64,000 nt of DNA. It comes from Callorhinchus milii. Its lineage: Eukaryota. The stretch spans positions 5,642,001 through 5,706,000 of the forward strand of contig NW_024704763.1 of assembly GCF_018977255.1 (NCBI RefSeq), in the 5' to 3' direction. Shown piece by piece: positions 27,101 to 42,100 of the stretch; position 1 is the first letter of the stretch, and every line of letters begins with the position of its first letter. Below the pieces are notes generated by a model that ran no database searches, was not told the DNA's origin, and worked only from the letters and a program-made list of their open reading frames with translations. The position numbers were made by a program, and so were the translations under genes.

Positions 27101-30100
27101 GAAGAGAATCCCAACTAGAGTTGTTGCTGTTGAATTAGTGTAAGCCCTTTAAAAGCAAGTAGTTTCAATAGGTGTTTAAGGACAGGATCGAAGATTGTAT
27201 GGTTAGCGAAAGCCATGGATGATTAAGCAGTCTGGAACATGCTGGGACCGTGGATGATGCACCTGTGGAATGCAACTGGTCAAAGTTGTGGGTTGTCGGG
27301 TTGGACTGTGTTCTTGATTCCCCTCAGGGGTTGGGCTCTTTAGCGTCTTGCACATTTATTTACTAATGTTTTATTGCTTCCCTTAGGAGATTAAGTGGGT
27401 TGGGCTGAGTCAGTGATGAGGCAAGTATGATTTTTCTCAGCACCTGGCAACCATCTATATTTTTTCATATTTTTGTCAGTTTGTTTCCTGAGTAACAATC
27501 TGATTTGAAAAAAAATGGAAAAGTCCAGTTGATTGGAGGCAGCCTTGTGTTCTCCATGTCATTCTGTGAGCCAGGTAGTATTCCAGGCACTACCCATGAA
27601 AATTAGATCACGTTGAAGCTAACTTTACAAAACGACTTGCACTTAATTTGCACCTTTCATGTAGCAAAATGCCTCAAAGGATTTACAGGAAAAGTGTGGA
27701 ATGACTAAGTGGAAAAAAGGGGCGGGGGTAGAAACAAGGTGACTGAAAGCATGTTGAGGAAATAGGTTTTCAGAAATGTTCTGGAAAATGGCGAGAGGAG
27801 AGAAGCCATGAGGCTGAGGGATAATGGGAGGAAATTTGAGAGTTGCGGCACAGTGAGCGAAGCTTAGCTGTTGGTAAAGCAGGGCATAAGGATGTGCAGT
27901 TGGCTCCTCCATTGAGTGAGTAGGAGAAAGGGGCTGGAGGATTTTTCTCTGATAGGGTGTGGTAAGGGCGCGGGAGCATTTGCTGCTCAAAATATTTGAT
28001 GTAATTTGTTGTCATTTTCCAAGGTGAGCGAGTGCTTCTTTCTTATGTTCTTCGTGCACCAAGGGTTCAAACTTTTAATTACTCGCTTACTCAAGAATGG
28101 AAAAAAAAACAACAGTTAGCCTTTCTGCTCAAACATTAATTATTCTGATCTATACATCCAGACGTCATCAAACATTTCACTTCAGTTCAATTTGGCATGA
28201 AGGAGAATTGTTTTCATCATCAGCAATGGTTGCAAAATGTATAGTTGCTAGAATTTACAGGTATCCTATGAAGTGCTTTGAGTTGCTCTCCTGACATGAA
28301 TGGCACTCCATCAAATGCAAGGAATATTATTATAATTATTAATAATTCAACCAATTGATCTGAGTGGTTTCTTCTGCCAAGGCCATCACTCCATTGCTAC
28401 TCTTTCTTGTATCCGTGATACAATTGAGATTGCAGAGACAGCGATAGGCTCTGAAAAGAAAGTGTTAGTTTTAAAATAGGAGGAAGTGTGATTTAATCAA
28501 ACGCTCTGAGACGCTGCCCTGCATGAAGGGAGCTATATAAATGCAAGTTGTTGTTAACCACAGGGCTCTCTCCATTTGCTTTTATACTTAAGTAACTTGT
28601 AACAAGGTCATTTCTTCATGCTTTAACTCGCATTTTCCTGGTTGATGTGTTCTTTTGGAAATATCATGACCTCTCCCTTATTTTTCTTGAATTTATTACA
28701 TGGTTGTGTTAATGTGTTGGGACGCAGCAGGGTGTGCGCCTTGAGTGGCAATTACTTTGGGATTTCTTGGTAGTCCCCGAACAGACAGCTGCATATTTGT
28801 TATTTCTGGAATTCCAAAGTTCTAGTCCCTGTGAGGCTAGGATAGTGTCTCCTACTGCCTTCAAATAAAACAGATTAGAGAATCTAAAGCAGCACTCTCA
28901 CTAAATTTGAGATACTTCTGTTTGATCAATTATTCGTATACTGGAGGCACCAGTGTGCAAGATGCTGTCGTAGAAATTCCATTAACTACAGTAGTTATAT
29001 GTCTTCTTGGAAGGTTAAGAATTTTGTTTCCACAATATTAATTCTTGTCAAACTACATAATTTGATGACAGAAGCTAGCAATGTCTCTGCATGCCACCTT
29101 GCCAGAAAAAATTGAAAACAGTTACGGTTAGTTTCTTCATATGTGTGTTCTTGATGTGAGGTGAGATTAGTTTAAGTGGTTTGTGTGGAGAAATCGCAAA
29201 CTTTGACCGATGAGCTGAATGGTTTGTTTTTGTGCTAAAACATTCTAATATTCTTTCTTGCTTTATGGTACCAACTGAATGCTTGATATGTTACCACTGT
29301 ATGGAGAAATAACTGCATCTTATAGAACATATAGTAATGTTCACTATAATTGTTGTCGTATGTAGTGTTTTGGGGATGTAATTGGCTGTTTTGAACACAG
29401 CAAGCAGCAATAATAAGATGAATGCCAAGTTATTCTTGAGGATTGTTGGCACAAGAAGAAGAAATTGCCTTTTTTTTCAAATGTAGGATCTTTAACATTG
29501 AACACACAGACGGGACTTTCCTTTAAGTTAAGTGCTGTAACTGGTTGCACCAGTAAGTTGTATGGAATGTTTTCTGTTTCTAAGTGATTCAGTGGTGATT
29601 TGGTTTGTTTGCTGGAGGTTAATTTTTTTTATCTCTGAGTAAGCTGCAAAGTAAAGTGTGTAAGTTAATTCAAGCTTTCTATTAAAATACGCTTCACTGG
29701 AAATGGAGAATCCTGTGGGTGGGTGTATAATTTCATGAATGAATTGTGGTATTATCTCACAAAGATTACATATTTGATAATTTATAGCTGCGTGTTAGTA
29801 CCCATCATGTTAATCTCTGGGAGGTGAAGTTTCATTTTGTTGAATTAATTTAAAGAAAGCCTTTTGCTCCAGCTTCTCTTTCCTGTATTTTCTCTGTGAG
29901 GTAGTCTATTGTACTAATCCTTAGCCGTAAATCTATTGCCTTTTACAGACATCAATCTTCCAGTATTAGATATCTGGCTTATAGATAGGGTTTTGTTCAG
30001 TTCACTGGTGGTGTTATTGAAGTGCTGCAATAATCCCTACACTTTACATTGAGTCTTTCTTCAGCGCAGGCATCAAGGCTACACTTCTCAGATTATTTAT

Positions 30101-33100
30101 ATTAACAAAAAAACATTTTACCTCAAATTCTTATCTTTCATGTCCCATTATGTTAGCCTTTTGAATTTACATGGACAATTGTTCAAAACAGGTCTGAAAG
30201 ACTAGATTTCACTCTGATAGTGAGGATGTGCTGAGCTGGCTGTAACTGATATCTCAATGTTAAGCTTCTAAAACCATTGAATGATTTCTAACTCAAAAGT
30301 CCAGTTTAGATAGAGATTACTCTGTTTAATTGTGTAATACTTTGTTTTACTTGTTTGAATGGTGTCACTACTTCCTTTGTTGCTTTCTATGCATAGCTTA
30401 TTTAAAAATAAATATGTAAGTCTTAAAAAGCTTGTGTGCAGTGGAATGTTCTTTCCTCAGGCTCTTTATCCCCTGGCAGATGTCAAATTAGGTCTTGGGC
30501 TGTAGCATACTGCTTCATATTCTAGACACGTTTGGTTAAACTCGTCCTGTTCTCTGCTCATCCTCTACTTTTCCTTTTGTTCACCATCTTCTTTATTAGA
30601 CCTATCATCAGATAATTTGGTGAGATTTGCAATTGGAGTTCAAAAAGCTGATAATCGGCAGGATTTTGTTACTAAATTGTAAATGATTCAAGTTCATTAT
30701 TAGTTGAAGTTCAATAATCTTCCATCAGAAGACAGTTGCACTCTACACTGAATGTTCTCAGGCTTAATGTTGCACTTTGTTGGTTTTCACTCATATGTTT
30801 CGTAGAAGCAATAAAAAAAAAGGATCAAGGGGATCTGAAACCTTTTCATGTTTATGTTTGAAGTTACCATCAAAAATGTGTTTGAGAAATCCTCAATCAT
30901 AGGCCAGTAGTGGATAATGTACAGAGCTAAGCTAACAGAGATGATTTTCATAATCACAATGAACCTTTGCTGGTGAATGTATCTCAGAAGTGATCATTCG
31001 TCATTGTCCACTGGAAGCTCAAAGAGCTGAAACATGATCATGACCTTAACATTTAGAGGAGATTAGGACTGAGAGTGATACGATTTTGGAATTCACTGCC
31101 TCAGAAAAGAAATAGGTGAGAAATTGATTGAGGGATTCAAGAAAGAGATACTTGGGATGTATAAATATTAATTATTATGGCAAGATGGGAGAGAAAAAGG
31201 ATTAGGAAAGTAATAGCGGTTAGTGCCATAGAACAGTCTGTGGCTTATTGGGTTCATTGGGTCGAATGGCTTTTTCCTCTTCTTAAATTCCTGCATGTTC
31301 TGATGTTAAAATTGAAGTTTTACTGACTATTGAAGCAGATTACCGCAGCTGGTTGGACAGTCCCAGCCGTACTGTATTGCTGTTCAGCTGACTAGCTCTG
31401 TTGGAAAGTAGCCATGGCCCAGTCTTACAGTATGGGATGAATATTGAATATAATTCCACAGAAAAATCACTTTCAATTAATATTGTTTTTGTGTCTTCAA
31501 ATCACAATTGTACGTGGATTGTGTTTGGAGGGAGCATGAGTAGTGAGAGAACATTCGTTCTATTTGCAATGTTGATTATTCGAGTTCATTGGAATCTCCC
31601 CTTGCGCCCTTTTCAGTAGTCCCAGATCCGAAACATGCCATTTGGCCCATCAATTCTGTGCTGGTCATAACACAAAATACTCCAGATGCTGGAAATCTGA
31701 AACAAAAACAGAAGTCGCTGGGAACATTCAGCAGGTCAGGCAGCATCTATGGAGAAAGGAAAGTGAGTCAACATTTCGGGTCCATGACCCTTCGTCAGAA
31801 CTGGCGAAGGGTCATGGACTTGAAACGTTGACTCACTTTCCTTCCTCTATAGATGCTGCCTGACCTGCTGGGTATTCCCAGCGACTCCAATTCTGTGCTA
31901 GTTGGTTGTTCCCACGTGAGTGACCAACAGTTACCTCAGTCTTCTGCTTCCACCTCATACCTTTTAAAATTCCTCTTCAAGCATCTATCATTTCGTTTTC
32001 AAAGAATTTATGATTTATGAATCTCAAGGCTTGTGCCTGGAGCACTTTGCATCCATCTTGGCATACCGTAATTTGTAATTTGTTGCCTCAGCATACAAGC
32101 TTTCACTGGCACCAGGGGTGGAGCTGGAGGGCTTGATCCTGAGGAACTGCTACTGCAATGCGAACTACTGTCATAAGCACTGATCCTGTGATGTTGTGAG
32201 GCCTTTCAGATATTGAAAGGAGCAAATCAGGATAGATGGAAACTGCTGATTGATATCTGTGAAAATGCACAATTTTCCATTTTATTAACTCTTTTTATTT
32301 CTGGGAAGGAGGAAGAAAGGCGAGTGGCATCTGTCATGGCCAGAAAGGAAGAAGAGAAAAAGCGGGAAATCCACAAGCAGGCTATTCTGAAGGTAATTTC
32401 TGAGAGTCCGTGCTTCCACAATGGACACCGACCGGGTTCTGCTGTTTGATAGGAGTGTTGTGGAGAAAAGCTATAATGTGCAAAGTCATCTGTTGGAACA
32501 GACTGGCTTGAACAGACATGCTTTTGGAAAAAAGTGAAATTAGCAAACTAAATATTTCTAAATTTAAATTTGTCTTCTTTGTCTATTGGTGTTTGTTAAA
32601 CGCAGGAAGAGTGAGTGGCTCCTAGCCTCCCATTTGTACATTCTAAGAAAGTGAGATGCAGAAGCAGAACTAGGTGATGTTCCTTCTAGTGTAGAGCACG
32701 AATCATGTAACTCAACAGTTTAAAATGTCTGTGTCTTGTTTGAAGTATTGTTATGGAAATAGGTGTTGCCTCTTGCGGCGTTCCCCTTGCAGTCAGCCCC
32801 TCACCTCTCACGGCTGGTAAATTTTAAACACAAATTGCTTTAGTTGCCAGTAAATGGATATGGAACAGGCAGTGTGCAGTGAATGGTAATGAAAGTAATA
32901 GACAAAATTGTAGCAGTTGGTACTAATGTTTCCAGCTGATTGCCTAATGTTCTGTCTGAAGAACCAGGTTAATCTGTGTCTGTGTTCAGATCAAAGAAAT
33001 CATTTGGAAATATTCCATCTCAATAACAGTTTGTAGTCTTATTCAGCCGGGGTTGGTCAACACTTACAACACACACTACTGACATTAACGCTGCCAGCAC

Positions 33101-36100
33101 CAACTTGCAAAACCCTTCTAAAAATCTAAAAAAGGTTTGAACTCACTTTGTCTAGGCTGACAGTCCAATGCAGTGCTGGGGGTGTGCAGCATTGTTGGAA
33201 GAGCTGTCTTTTGGATGAGATATTGAACCAAAGTCCTGCCTTTTCAGGTGAACGTTAAATTCCCCATGGCACTATTCACAAACAGAAGAGTTTGTCTCGA
33301 TGTCTTGGCCAAGATACAGTTGGTCGTTTATTGCATGGTTGTTTGTGGGGAATTCCAGTGGACAGATTGGTTGCCACATTTGCCTACAGTATACAGTCAT
33401 TACACTTTACAGTAAATCCTGTGAAGCATTTTGAGACAACTTTCTATGTGAAAGTTGCTATATTAAATGCAGCGATTTTACTACTTTGACCATGCCCTTT
33501 GAAGATCTTATCCTACTTTGAAGGTGCTGGGCATATTGTTTTTGCTAAGTGTAAGGAGATTTGCTAACTGGTATTCCACAAATATAAGGGTATATCTTGG
33601 CATATATCCATTATTAAATTTTCTCTTCGAATATTTTCTATCCTTCAGTACTAACTGCTGTTACTGATGCTCATTATTACTTTTGCTCACTCTCTGTGTG
33701 GAGCATTATTTAGATCAGCAGAAGATCTAAAGTTTATTTGCAAGTAGGGAAGATTTGAAAACAAAATATCCTGTTCTGTACAACTGGGAATTTCTTCCTG
33801 TCCAGGAGTGCAGATGGCTGTCTGGGAGAGTTGCCATGTGCTAGTCTGTTTGAATTATAATCTCTTTACTTTGTCTGCACATGTCAGTTACTTCAAAAGA
33901 TAGTGGATTCCTTGAATGGTCAGATTGACATGGTAGATATCTCAATGCATGGCACAGGCTGTAGAGAAGCTGGTTTCCTGGCAGGCACTAACACAGAGAG
34001 CCTGCTATCTGATCTGTGCGAGTCGAGTCGTGTACAGTTACTGTTGATTCAATGTGGTCTGATGAAGTCTGGTAAATGTATTTTACTCTGGGAATAGTTA
34101 TTGATTTTATTGAATGGAATATATCAAGATTTGTCTGCCTTTAAAGCTGGACTGTTTAGTGTTCTTCAATTAACTTTGCCTCATTTGGTGCTTATTCAAG
34201 CAGAGCACTGCAGGATGCTGCAGTTTATTTAGACCTCATGTGTTTGAATTCCGTACGTGTATTTGCCAAATAGACCATGTAAACGCAGTGCAATGATTTT
34301 CCCTCCTCCCTTCTCTTGACACTTGATGAGGGAGAATTCTCTGGATGACAGTCACTCCTCTGTACTGTAATCATGTGTTTGCCTGAATGCATTAATCAGT
34401 GTGGCTGGTTTATTGAATTGTGGAGAGTGTCAGAATGTAACTTGACCCCATCTTGCCCCTCTATCTCTTCGTTCTCTGTAACCTACATAATTTACCCGCA
34501 AGTGCCTAGATGATGATACTTGTATCATTTATTTTCTTCTAACTTTCTTATACTTAGTACTCTAACCACCTTCCTCTCCCCAGCCCCAATACACACACAC
34601 ACCCACACCTTGTATTGAGAGACACTTTAAGAAGGATGTTCTTGTTGTTGTTGTTAAGGAGGGTGGTATTGTTGGTGAATTCTTAACCAGACCTCAGAAT
34701 GAGATGGAGGAAGCTGTGATCCAATAAAATTCCCATCTTCCCTTTGCCTGGCATAACCTGATTGATATTCCCCACATTCATTTGTTTTCTCTACCAGTTC
34801 TCAGTTGAAATGCAAAAAAAGCACTGCAAATAGATGTAGCGAAATTGGTTCAGGAGATCTCCAATAAAGATGTTAAACAGAAAGAAAATCCAAATAAAAT
34901 TAGTTATTCACTTCATGGCTGTTTGTGAGACATTGCTGTATGTAAATTGGCTGCCATGTTCACCCACAAAAACACATGGTCACTGCAATATCAAATGCAA
35001 GGATTATTATTATTATTATTAATATCACAATATCCTGTGAAGTGCTTTGGGGCATCCTCCTGATGTGAAAGGTGCTATAATAAATGTAAGGGTTACAAAT
35101 ATTTTACCACGCATCTCTAAATGTTGACTGAAAAAAGCACATTCAGAACAGCTAAGGCTTAAATGGACTGGATGACCTCTTCCAATGGTGTATTTCAATG
35201 ATTCTATAAATAGTATTCTGCATTCTTCTCTCTGTACAGCTTCTGTCTATAAATATTAACCTGACTTAAAATGATGCAGAATCCCGTAAAAGTGAAAGGT
35301 GTTTCTCACTTTGAAGTTACAGCTGGAATGGAACCTATATTTGGTGCAAAGTAAACCTGAAATTTTATTTTAAGTTACATTAGAAAAAAAACTATTGTTT
35401 TTTATTGTTTGCAGATAGAATGCCTCAATACATTAAAATGCAGTACACTATAAATATGTGACAGTGATATATAATTATATTTGGAGCCAGAAAAAACAAA
35501 AATCTGATTGCACATCTGGGGTATGTATGCAGTATGTTGCAGATCAAAGCACAGTTATTATAATTACAGAGCGCCTCTTCAACCCGCCTCTTCCTCGTCT
35601 ATCAATGTGATAATATCAGGACAAGTATCCAGTCCTAGAGCTCAGAGACACCATGCCTTGCTTAGACAAAGACCCTTTTACCATTGCCTTTTTTCTCATA
35701 TCTCCATGGAAGCATCTCATAAAATGTTACTTGACCTAGCCCAAACCAGCACACCTCCCCTCGGAAACTAGACATGGAAAGCCATTCGATTCACTTTTGG
35801 GTCAATCCAACCCCGTCGAGCTTTCCTCCTACAATAATCAAGAAATGGCGACAGAACAAAGGCAGAATTTTCGAGTGTCAAACAAAAATTCAGATGAACG
35901 GTCTGAGGAGCTATAGCTGCCTCCTTTCGTGGAGATTCAAGCTGTGCTTTGCTAAAAGAAATATAATACAATTTACATTTACCATGGAGGGATTTGAAGG
36001 TGAATAGATTGGATAGAGCAAATAGGAAAAATGCTGGAGTGTGAAGGGTCCATTGATTGCTCACCCAACACCCAAAAGCCTGGCCCCAATCCAAGAGGGA

Positions 36101-39100
36101 TCTATATAGTGGTTTATATTCTGCTCCGTGCAGTTTGGGGGAGGTGGGGGGGAAACAAATACCCACCTGACCTAATCCTAGAAAGTATGAGACATAGAAG
36201 TTGGGTACTGCTGGAGTTTAACTGGCTAAAATTGTCATTTGAGAGCACTGTCACTTCCTGCTATTTGTCCTGCTAGGATCACCCAACCTGTTAGGACTTT
36301 GGCTTAAAGGATTAACCGAAGCAAAGTTGGAAGAATCCCTACCCTTCAAGTCCTGCCTGTCAGCCCGACTGGCTAGTCCATCATCAGCAGTGTCCTGGAG
36401 CACTGCAAACTCGCCCGGGTCAGGAGCTGGACTATGGAAGGTTGACTTGATTCTGACATTCTGTTGTCAAGCACGTTATCCTGGAGCCAGCTCAACTCCA
36501 TTGAGGCCCAGGTTACCTCATCTCCTTTCCCCCACCCACTCCCCTAGGAAGATGATAATCACTTGAGGGCTGATTGAGGGATAGAAGTGTTAAAAATAAT
36601 GATGCAGTTTGAGAGGATGAATGCTGAGGAACTATTACTGATGGTAGGTGATTAGAGGTCACGCGGGCATGATGTGAGATTATAAGCTAGAAAGGGAAAG
36701 TGAGGAAATACATTTTTCTCCCGGGGGTTATCAGAGAATGGAAGACCAAGGTCCCATCTGCCTGTTCAGGTAGACGTTAAAGATCCCAATGCAGTATTTG
36801 GAGTTTCTCCCATTGTCCTGGCCAGCAATTTTCCAAGTAAATTTCTCATTCATGTCATAGCTGTTTGTGGTTGTGGGACAAATTGGCTGCTGCATTTACT
36901 TACAGATATACCAATAACAGCAATTACTTTGGGATGTTTCAACCTGTTTGGCATTATATCAAATGCAACAATTGTTTATTATTGTTATTGCATTCACACA
37001 GGATCTTAGAAACGGTCAAAAAGATTACCAGATCTGTATTGAAGACTTGTGTGGTGACCACTGGATGGGATTCTTTCTATATACATAAGTGACTTTATTT
37101 TTCTAACAGCTTTCCTTGAACCATCCAAGAGATACTGTTCTAATTTTGATCTTGTTTGCTGTGTTGTTTTGACAAAAACATTTTCTAGTTGTTATTTTTT
37201 TTCTGTTTCTTTTTCAGGAGAAGCGGCGTCAAACGATCAATAATGCTGCCCGGCGCTGGGAGGTGCAGCACGGCTACATTGCCAAAAGTCAACAAGACGC
37301 TCAGGCCAAAGCTTTCAGTACCGACATCACTATCCACAAAGCTTGTCACGTCAATGGCAACGGCCACGATTTCTGGCCAGATGAGCTAAGGTAGGTGTCC
37401 CCTCATCTATGAATCTGAAACATCTGCTGCACATACTTGTCGAATCCTTTCTGTGGCTCTGCAACTCTTGGCTTTGACTAAAATGTAAACATTCTAACCC
37501 ATAATTTCAACAAGATTTTTATGAAAAATGTGAGCAGCCGTCATGTTAAGTGGAAAAACAGAAGAACGGGATGGGATTAAATTACAGTATTGGTTAGAAA
37601 AGTATGAACTGACTTGCACAAGTGTTTGCTTGGAAAAAGGTTGAAATAAAAACGTTTCTTAAACTATGTATTGAGTAATACATATTTAAAAAAAACACAA
37701 GTTCTAATAAGTATGCAGCTGTATTCAGTCCCTCTTTTTATTTATCTTTAAATCCTTGCTTAAGACTTGTCTTTCTTGACCGCACCTATGAGCACTTGCC
37801 CCTCTCCCTCACTGTCCAACCTGCCATTGCGCAGTGTTGTGATCTGCGTCTGCCTGAAGGGCAAAGCTACATAAATGGTTTGTTGTTATAAAGCAGTGAA
37901 AGAAAGGCACATTTCTATTCTGGTGAAATTGTTGCGACATTGTGTTTGTAAGCGGTAGTTAAGCAATCAAAAGCACCATCTCTCCCTTCCTCCTGGTAAT
38001 CAGATAGATGGCTGGTCTTACCTTCTACCTCTGAGCACCACATGCTGAGATTGGGATCTCCCATGTGGACAATTGCAGTTGTGACTTTCTGGTCTACCTT
38101 CCACACTGCAGAACCATTTCTTTAATCAAGAGTAGAAGATGGTGGACTTGCAGAAACACAAGGAAAATGACAGACTTTTAGAAAATTAATAATTTGGTGG
38201 GAATTGTAGAAACTGACTTCCAAATTGAGACTGGATTTAAGAATCTTCCATAATTCTGCTTACGGGGGGTTTTCAAGCTATTTCTTTAAGGGTAACATCA
38301 TGAGGAATTTCAGGCCTTTGATTGTTCATAGTCGTCTGTGTAACGTTACTTTTACGTCACCTGCCACAGCACTGAGAAGCAGCAGACAAGCAAGGAGACG
38401 ACGGAACTTCAACAGTCAGATTCCAGCCATTCAGAGAGGACCAGCAGCATGAGGTAAAGTTGATTCAATATACATACCCATCTCCTGATCATGGATTTTT
38501 ACTCTTGTTGAGATTCCTGGCTAACATTCCCCCAAGTAAGAGGGAGAAATAATCAGAAAGACATAAAGAGGGAGGGAGACAGCTTGACAGAGAGCGAAAA
38601 AAGTGACTGAGAAAGACACTCCCAAGACCTACAACTGATTGTTTCTTTCTTGCAAACGTTCACCTACAAACGTACAGTCACTGCATTTTCCAAAAACTTT
38701 GCTTTGTGAAGTACTTTGATATACTTCACAAAGCAAAATACTCTCAATATTATAACTACTAGGTCAAATGCAAGAATTGTTACTATTAACATGTTTACTG
38801 CCATGTTCTGTTTGATTCATTTGTGTAATCACAATTGTATTGACTCAACTCAGGGTTTTGCTGCTCAGACCAACTTGTGGATTTTAACCTTTGGGTAATT
38901 AAGTTAGGAAGCTTGCAAATTTTACCCCTGTACACTATTTTTAAAGCACATATTCCTTCACCTTACATAGTTTGGACCCAATTTGCTTGCATAAATCTGT
39001 ATTTTTATTTTATAACATGATGCCATAAATCTGCTGTAGAGTCAGAGCAGAGGTTTGTTATTGGAACTGATTGGTATATGTATTGCTGTACAAAATCACC

Positions 39101-42100
39101 AAATTTAATCTTGTGCTCTATTTTCGCCAGGTGATTTTCACGTTGCGTGAATACATTTATGTTACTGGTACCTGCAGTAATTTTCTGGTAGTCAATAGTG
39201 ATAGCAGGAAAATCAGGATTAACTGAGATTCATAATCAGGTCTGAATAAACTTCACATTTGAACTTGATTAGGTATAAAAGCAAAATTACCGTGGATCTA
39301 ACAAGGGAAATGCGAGAGTGTGCCAGCAAATTGAGAACACAGTGATATAAAGCACATTGCAATGAAAGAAAAGCTTGGAGTAATTACAGATTCACATCTG
39401 GGTTTAATATTCTTGGAGGTAATTTATATAGTATAGTTAGAGACCATAGTAACTTACTGTTATTTCATGTTCATTAACTCAACCCCTCTCTACCCCTCCA
39501 TCCACTAGACATTTATGTACAGAGTGTCTCTGGATTATATACAGCCATCATTTATATCTACAGCTGTATTAATTGGTAAATTGGAATAATTGTGCATTTT
39601 TAATAGCGATATATAGATCTATGGATATAGTAATCAAAATAATTCAGGAAATCACCAGTTTATGAAATCATATACACAAGATTTCTACATGTTAGATATA
39701 TTAGCTCCTTGGATTTAACTGTCACAATCTTTGCCATGAGTGAAACTAAATTAACTTTCCGATGACTTAAGACCTCTTTGCCAGCAGAAACTGCCCTGTT
39801 CTGCCTCAGGTTTGTGAGTGCTCTAGAGAGAGCACGTGAAGAATGGGAATATCTCGCCTCTACTTGGGATTTAGCCCAAAATTGTCCTACTGGATTAATT
39901 GTACTTTGGGAAGTTGAATAGGTACTAATGAGTTGGTGTACATGAGTGTTGCTGTGTTCTCCACTAACTAGGTTTGCACTTATCAAATGAGGACAATATC
40001 CATTCTTTGATGTTATTGCTGCTCATCAATAAGTCATTCAGAGAAGTGAATTAAATTAAAGTTGCAGCCTTTTTCTGTCTCACATTAAGGAGGTGCGAGA
40101 AATGTGCTCCAATCCAGTCAGACATTTTGCAGGCATTACACAAGATTGCAGCTATGACCTTGTGCTTCTGCTGCATGTGTTAGTGTGCAGTGTAGTTCAC
40201 TGCAGTATTTAAAAAAAAGTTTCAATGCTATTTCTCTCTTTGTGAGCCAGCTTTATAATTTTATTGATCATCTGTTTTTCATCAGAATTTTCATCACATT
40301 CCTCTCTGACAACAGCTTCCCTGTGATTTATTCCATGTGGCTGCTGACTCTTGGATCTCTATTATTGGGCTCAATCTGTCTCAGTCAGTATCTGCTCCGT
40401 ATCCCTTGCCTTTGCGATCACTACTCCAGTTATGGGATTTGAGGCTTTCTCCCAGTTTTACCATTTCCCCTCTAAAACTTGGATGGATCAAATAACATGG
40501 TATTCTTGTTCCATTCTAATAGGGTAGTGACCATCGGGTAAGTATAAAGATTGTCTGACAGTGAAGATTCTGTCTGGTAGATCATTAGTATTTTGATTAT
40601 CCTTTTCCAGTAAGTACTATTATTTTGCTAGATTATTCATATTCAAAGGTGTAAGAATAGAAAGTATGGAACCAAGAAAGACCAGTAATCCCATCCAGGC
40701 TACTCCTACCACAGTCCATGAATAGTGCACTCTTTCACCAACTCTGCCAAACCTTCGTAACTCCTTGAGTGTAGCTTCTGCTACATCTAGGTGACTTTAA
40801 CCTATATCTAAATCAATTCACTTTACAGTATATTTTGTGAAGCGTTTTGAGACGTCTAGAAGACATGAAAAATGCAATATCAAATGCAAGGATTATTAAT
40901 TAGTATTATTATCTAAACCAATCCTGTCCCACCTCCTTCAATTTCTCCACCTTGCCCTCCATTCTCTGAACCTTGCTCGCCATATCCATTCTCTCACCCA
41001 TATCGATGGACAACTCTCTCAAACTTGTCATGATGTGAGGTCTTGCCACTTTTTTTCAAATAATTTATACTGGGGCAAATCACCTTGAAAGCGCAATAAA
41101 GCCAACAGAAGAAAACCAAGTCAGGAAGCAGGTTGCATTTGGTGGCATGGATGGGAGTGATTACAAGCCCAATCTAATTAAGTGCTTCAGAAGAAACCAT
41201 AAACTGCAAGACTGAAGGTTGACCACATTTTCACTCATCTTCTGCCCCTGATACATGATTATTGGCTTGATATCTTCTTTATAAGCATTTATGCTTGAAA
41301 TTTTTATGTGAAGGCTGTGTTTGTTTGTTTGTGCGAATTGCAACTGCTAATGTAGTTGAAACTGTGCTTTACAGACTGGTTTTAGTGGCACCAACACTGC
41401 ATGTTTATCTACTGATAATCTTAAATTAAAAGTTGATGCTATGGCCAATTTATATTCAAAATTCATTCCAGAACTTAGCATCTAATAACCTCACATTTTA
41501 TCGGTTTGTGATCTTTCAAAAGGCTACATTGTGATTATACCCTCTATAACTGGAATAATTCCTGCCTTGAGCTGTCATGCTTCCATGGTGCCAGCCAGTG
41601 ATTCCTGTTGTCCATGTTAAGAAGATGGGTGTGTGAAAAATACAAGTGAGTGTCACTTATACTGGATGCACACCTTCCCCTGTGGGTTGTACGGAAAGAA
41701 GATTATCTAAAAACCTGATCTGCGGATTTCTGAGCATCACCATTGTGGATTCGGGCATCTTCTGAGAAAAAGCAGCAAGCCTCGACCTGCTTACAGTGTT
41801 TATCTTACGTAGGGAAGAGGGAACGTGGTCCAGGAATGGGAACGGGAATTTCAGCTGTCATTTCTCCCCCCCGCCCACCCTGTCATACATAACATGGCAG
41901 CTCAAGCCAGCACTCAGACACTTTAAGAAACAGCCCACATTTTTGTTAGCCTTCACGAACTGTTATCTTGAAAATCAAGTTTTTGGTTATAATTTTGATG
42001 CTCCAGATATAAAATAAAATGCACCATTTGAAGAGAATAATTAGCTACAATTACATGAAGTGGCCTCATTGGGTTAAGCCAATGCTTGAAATGTACTTGA

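Noticed and set aside
35560-36010. Coding-looking stretch with several overlapping short ORFs in intron 10
   Set aside because: No frame gives a recognisable protein and no splice-site pair fits the LRRC49 phase; possibly a decayed element, unsupported without a search
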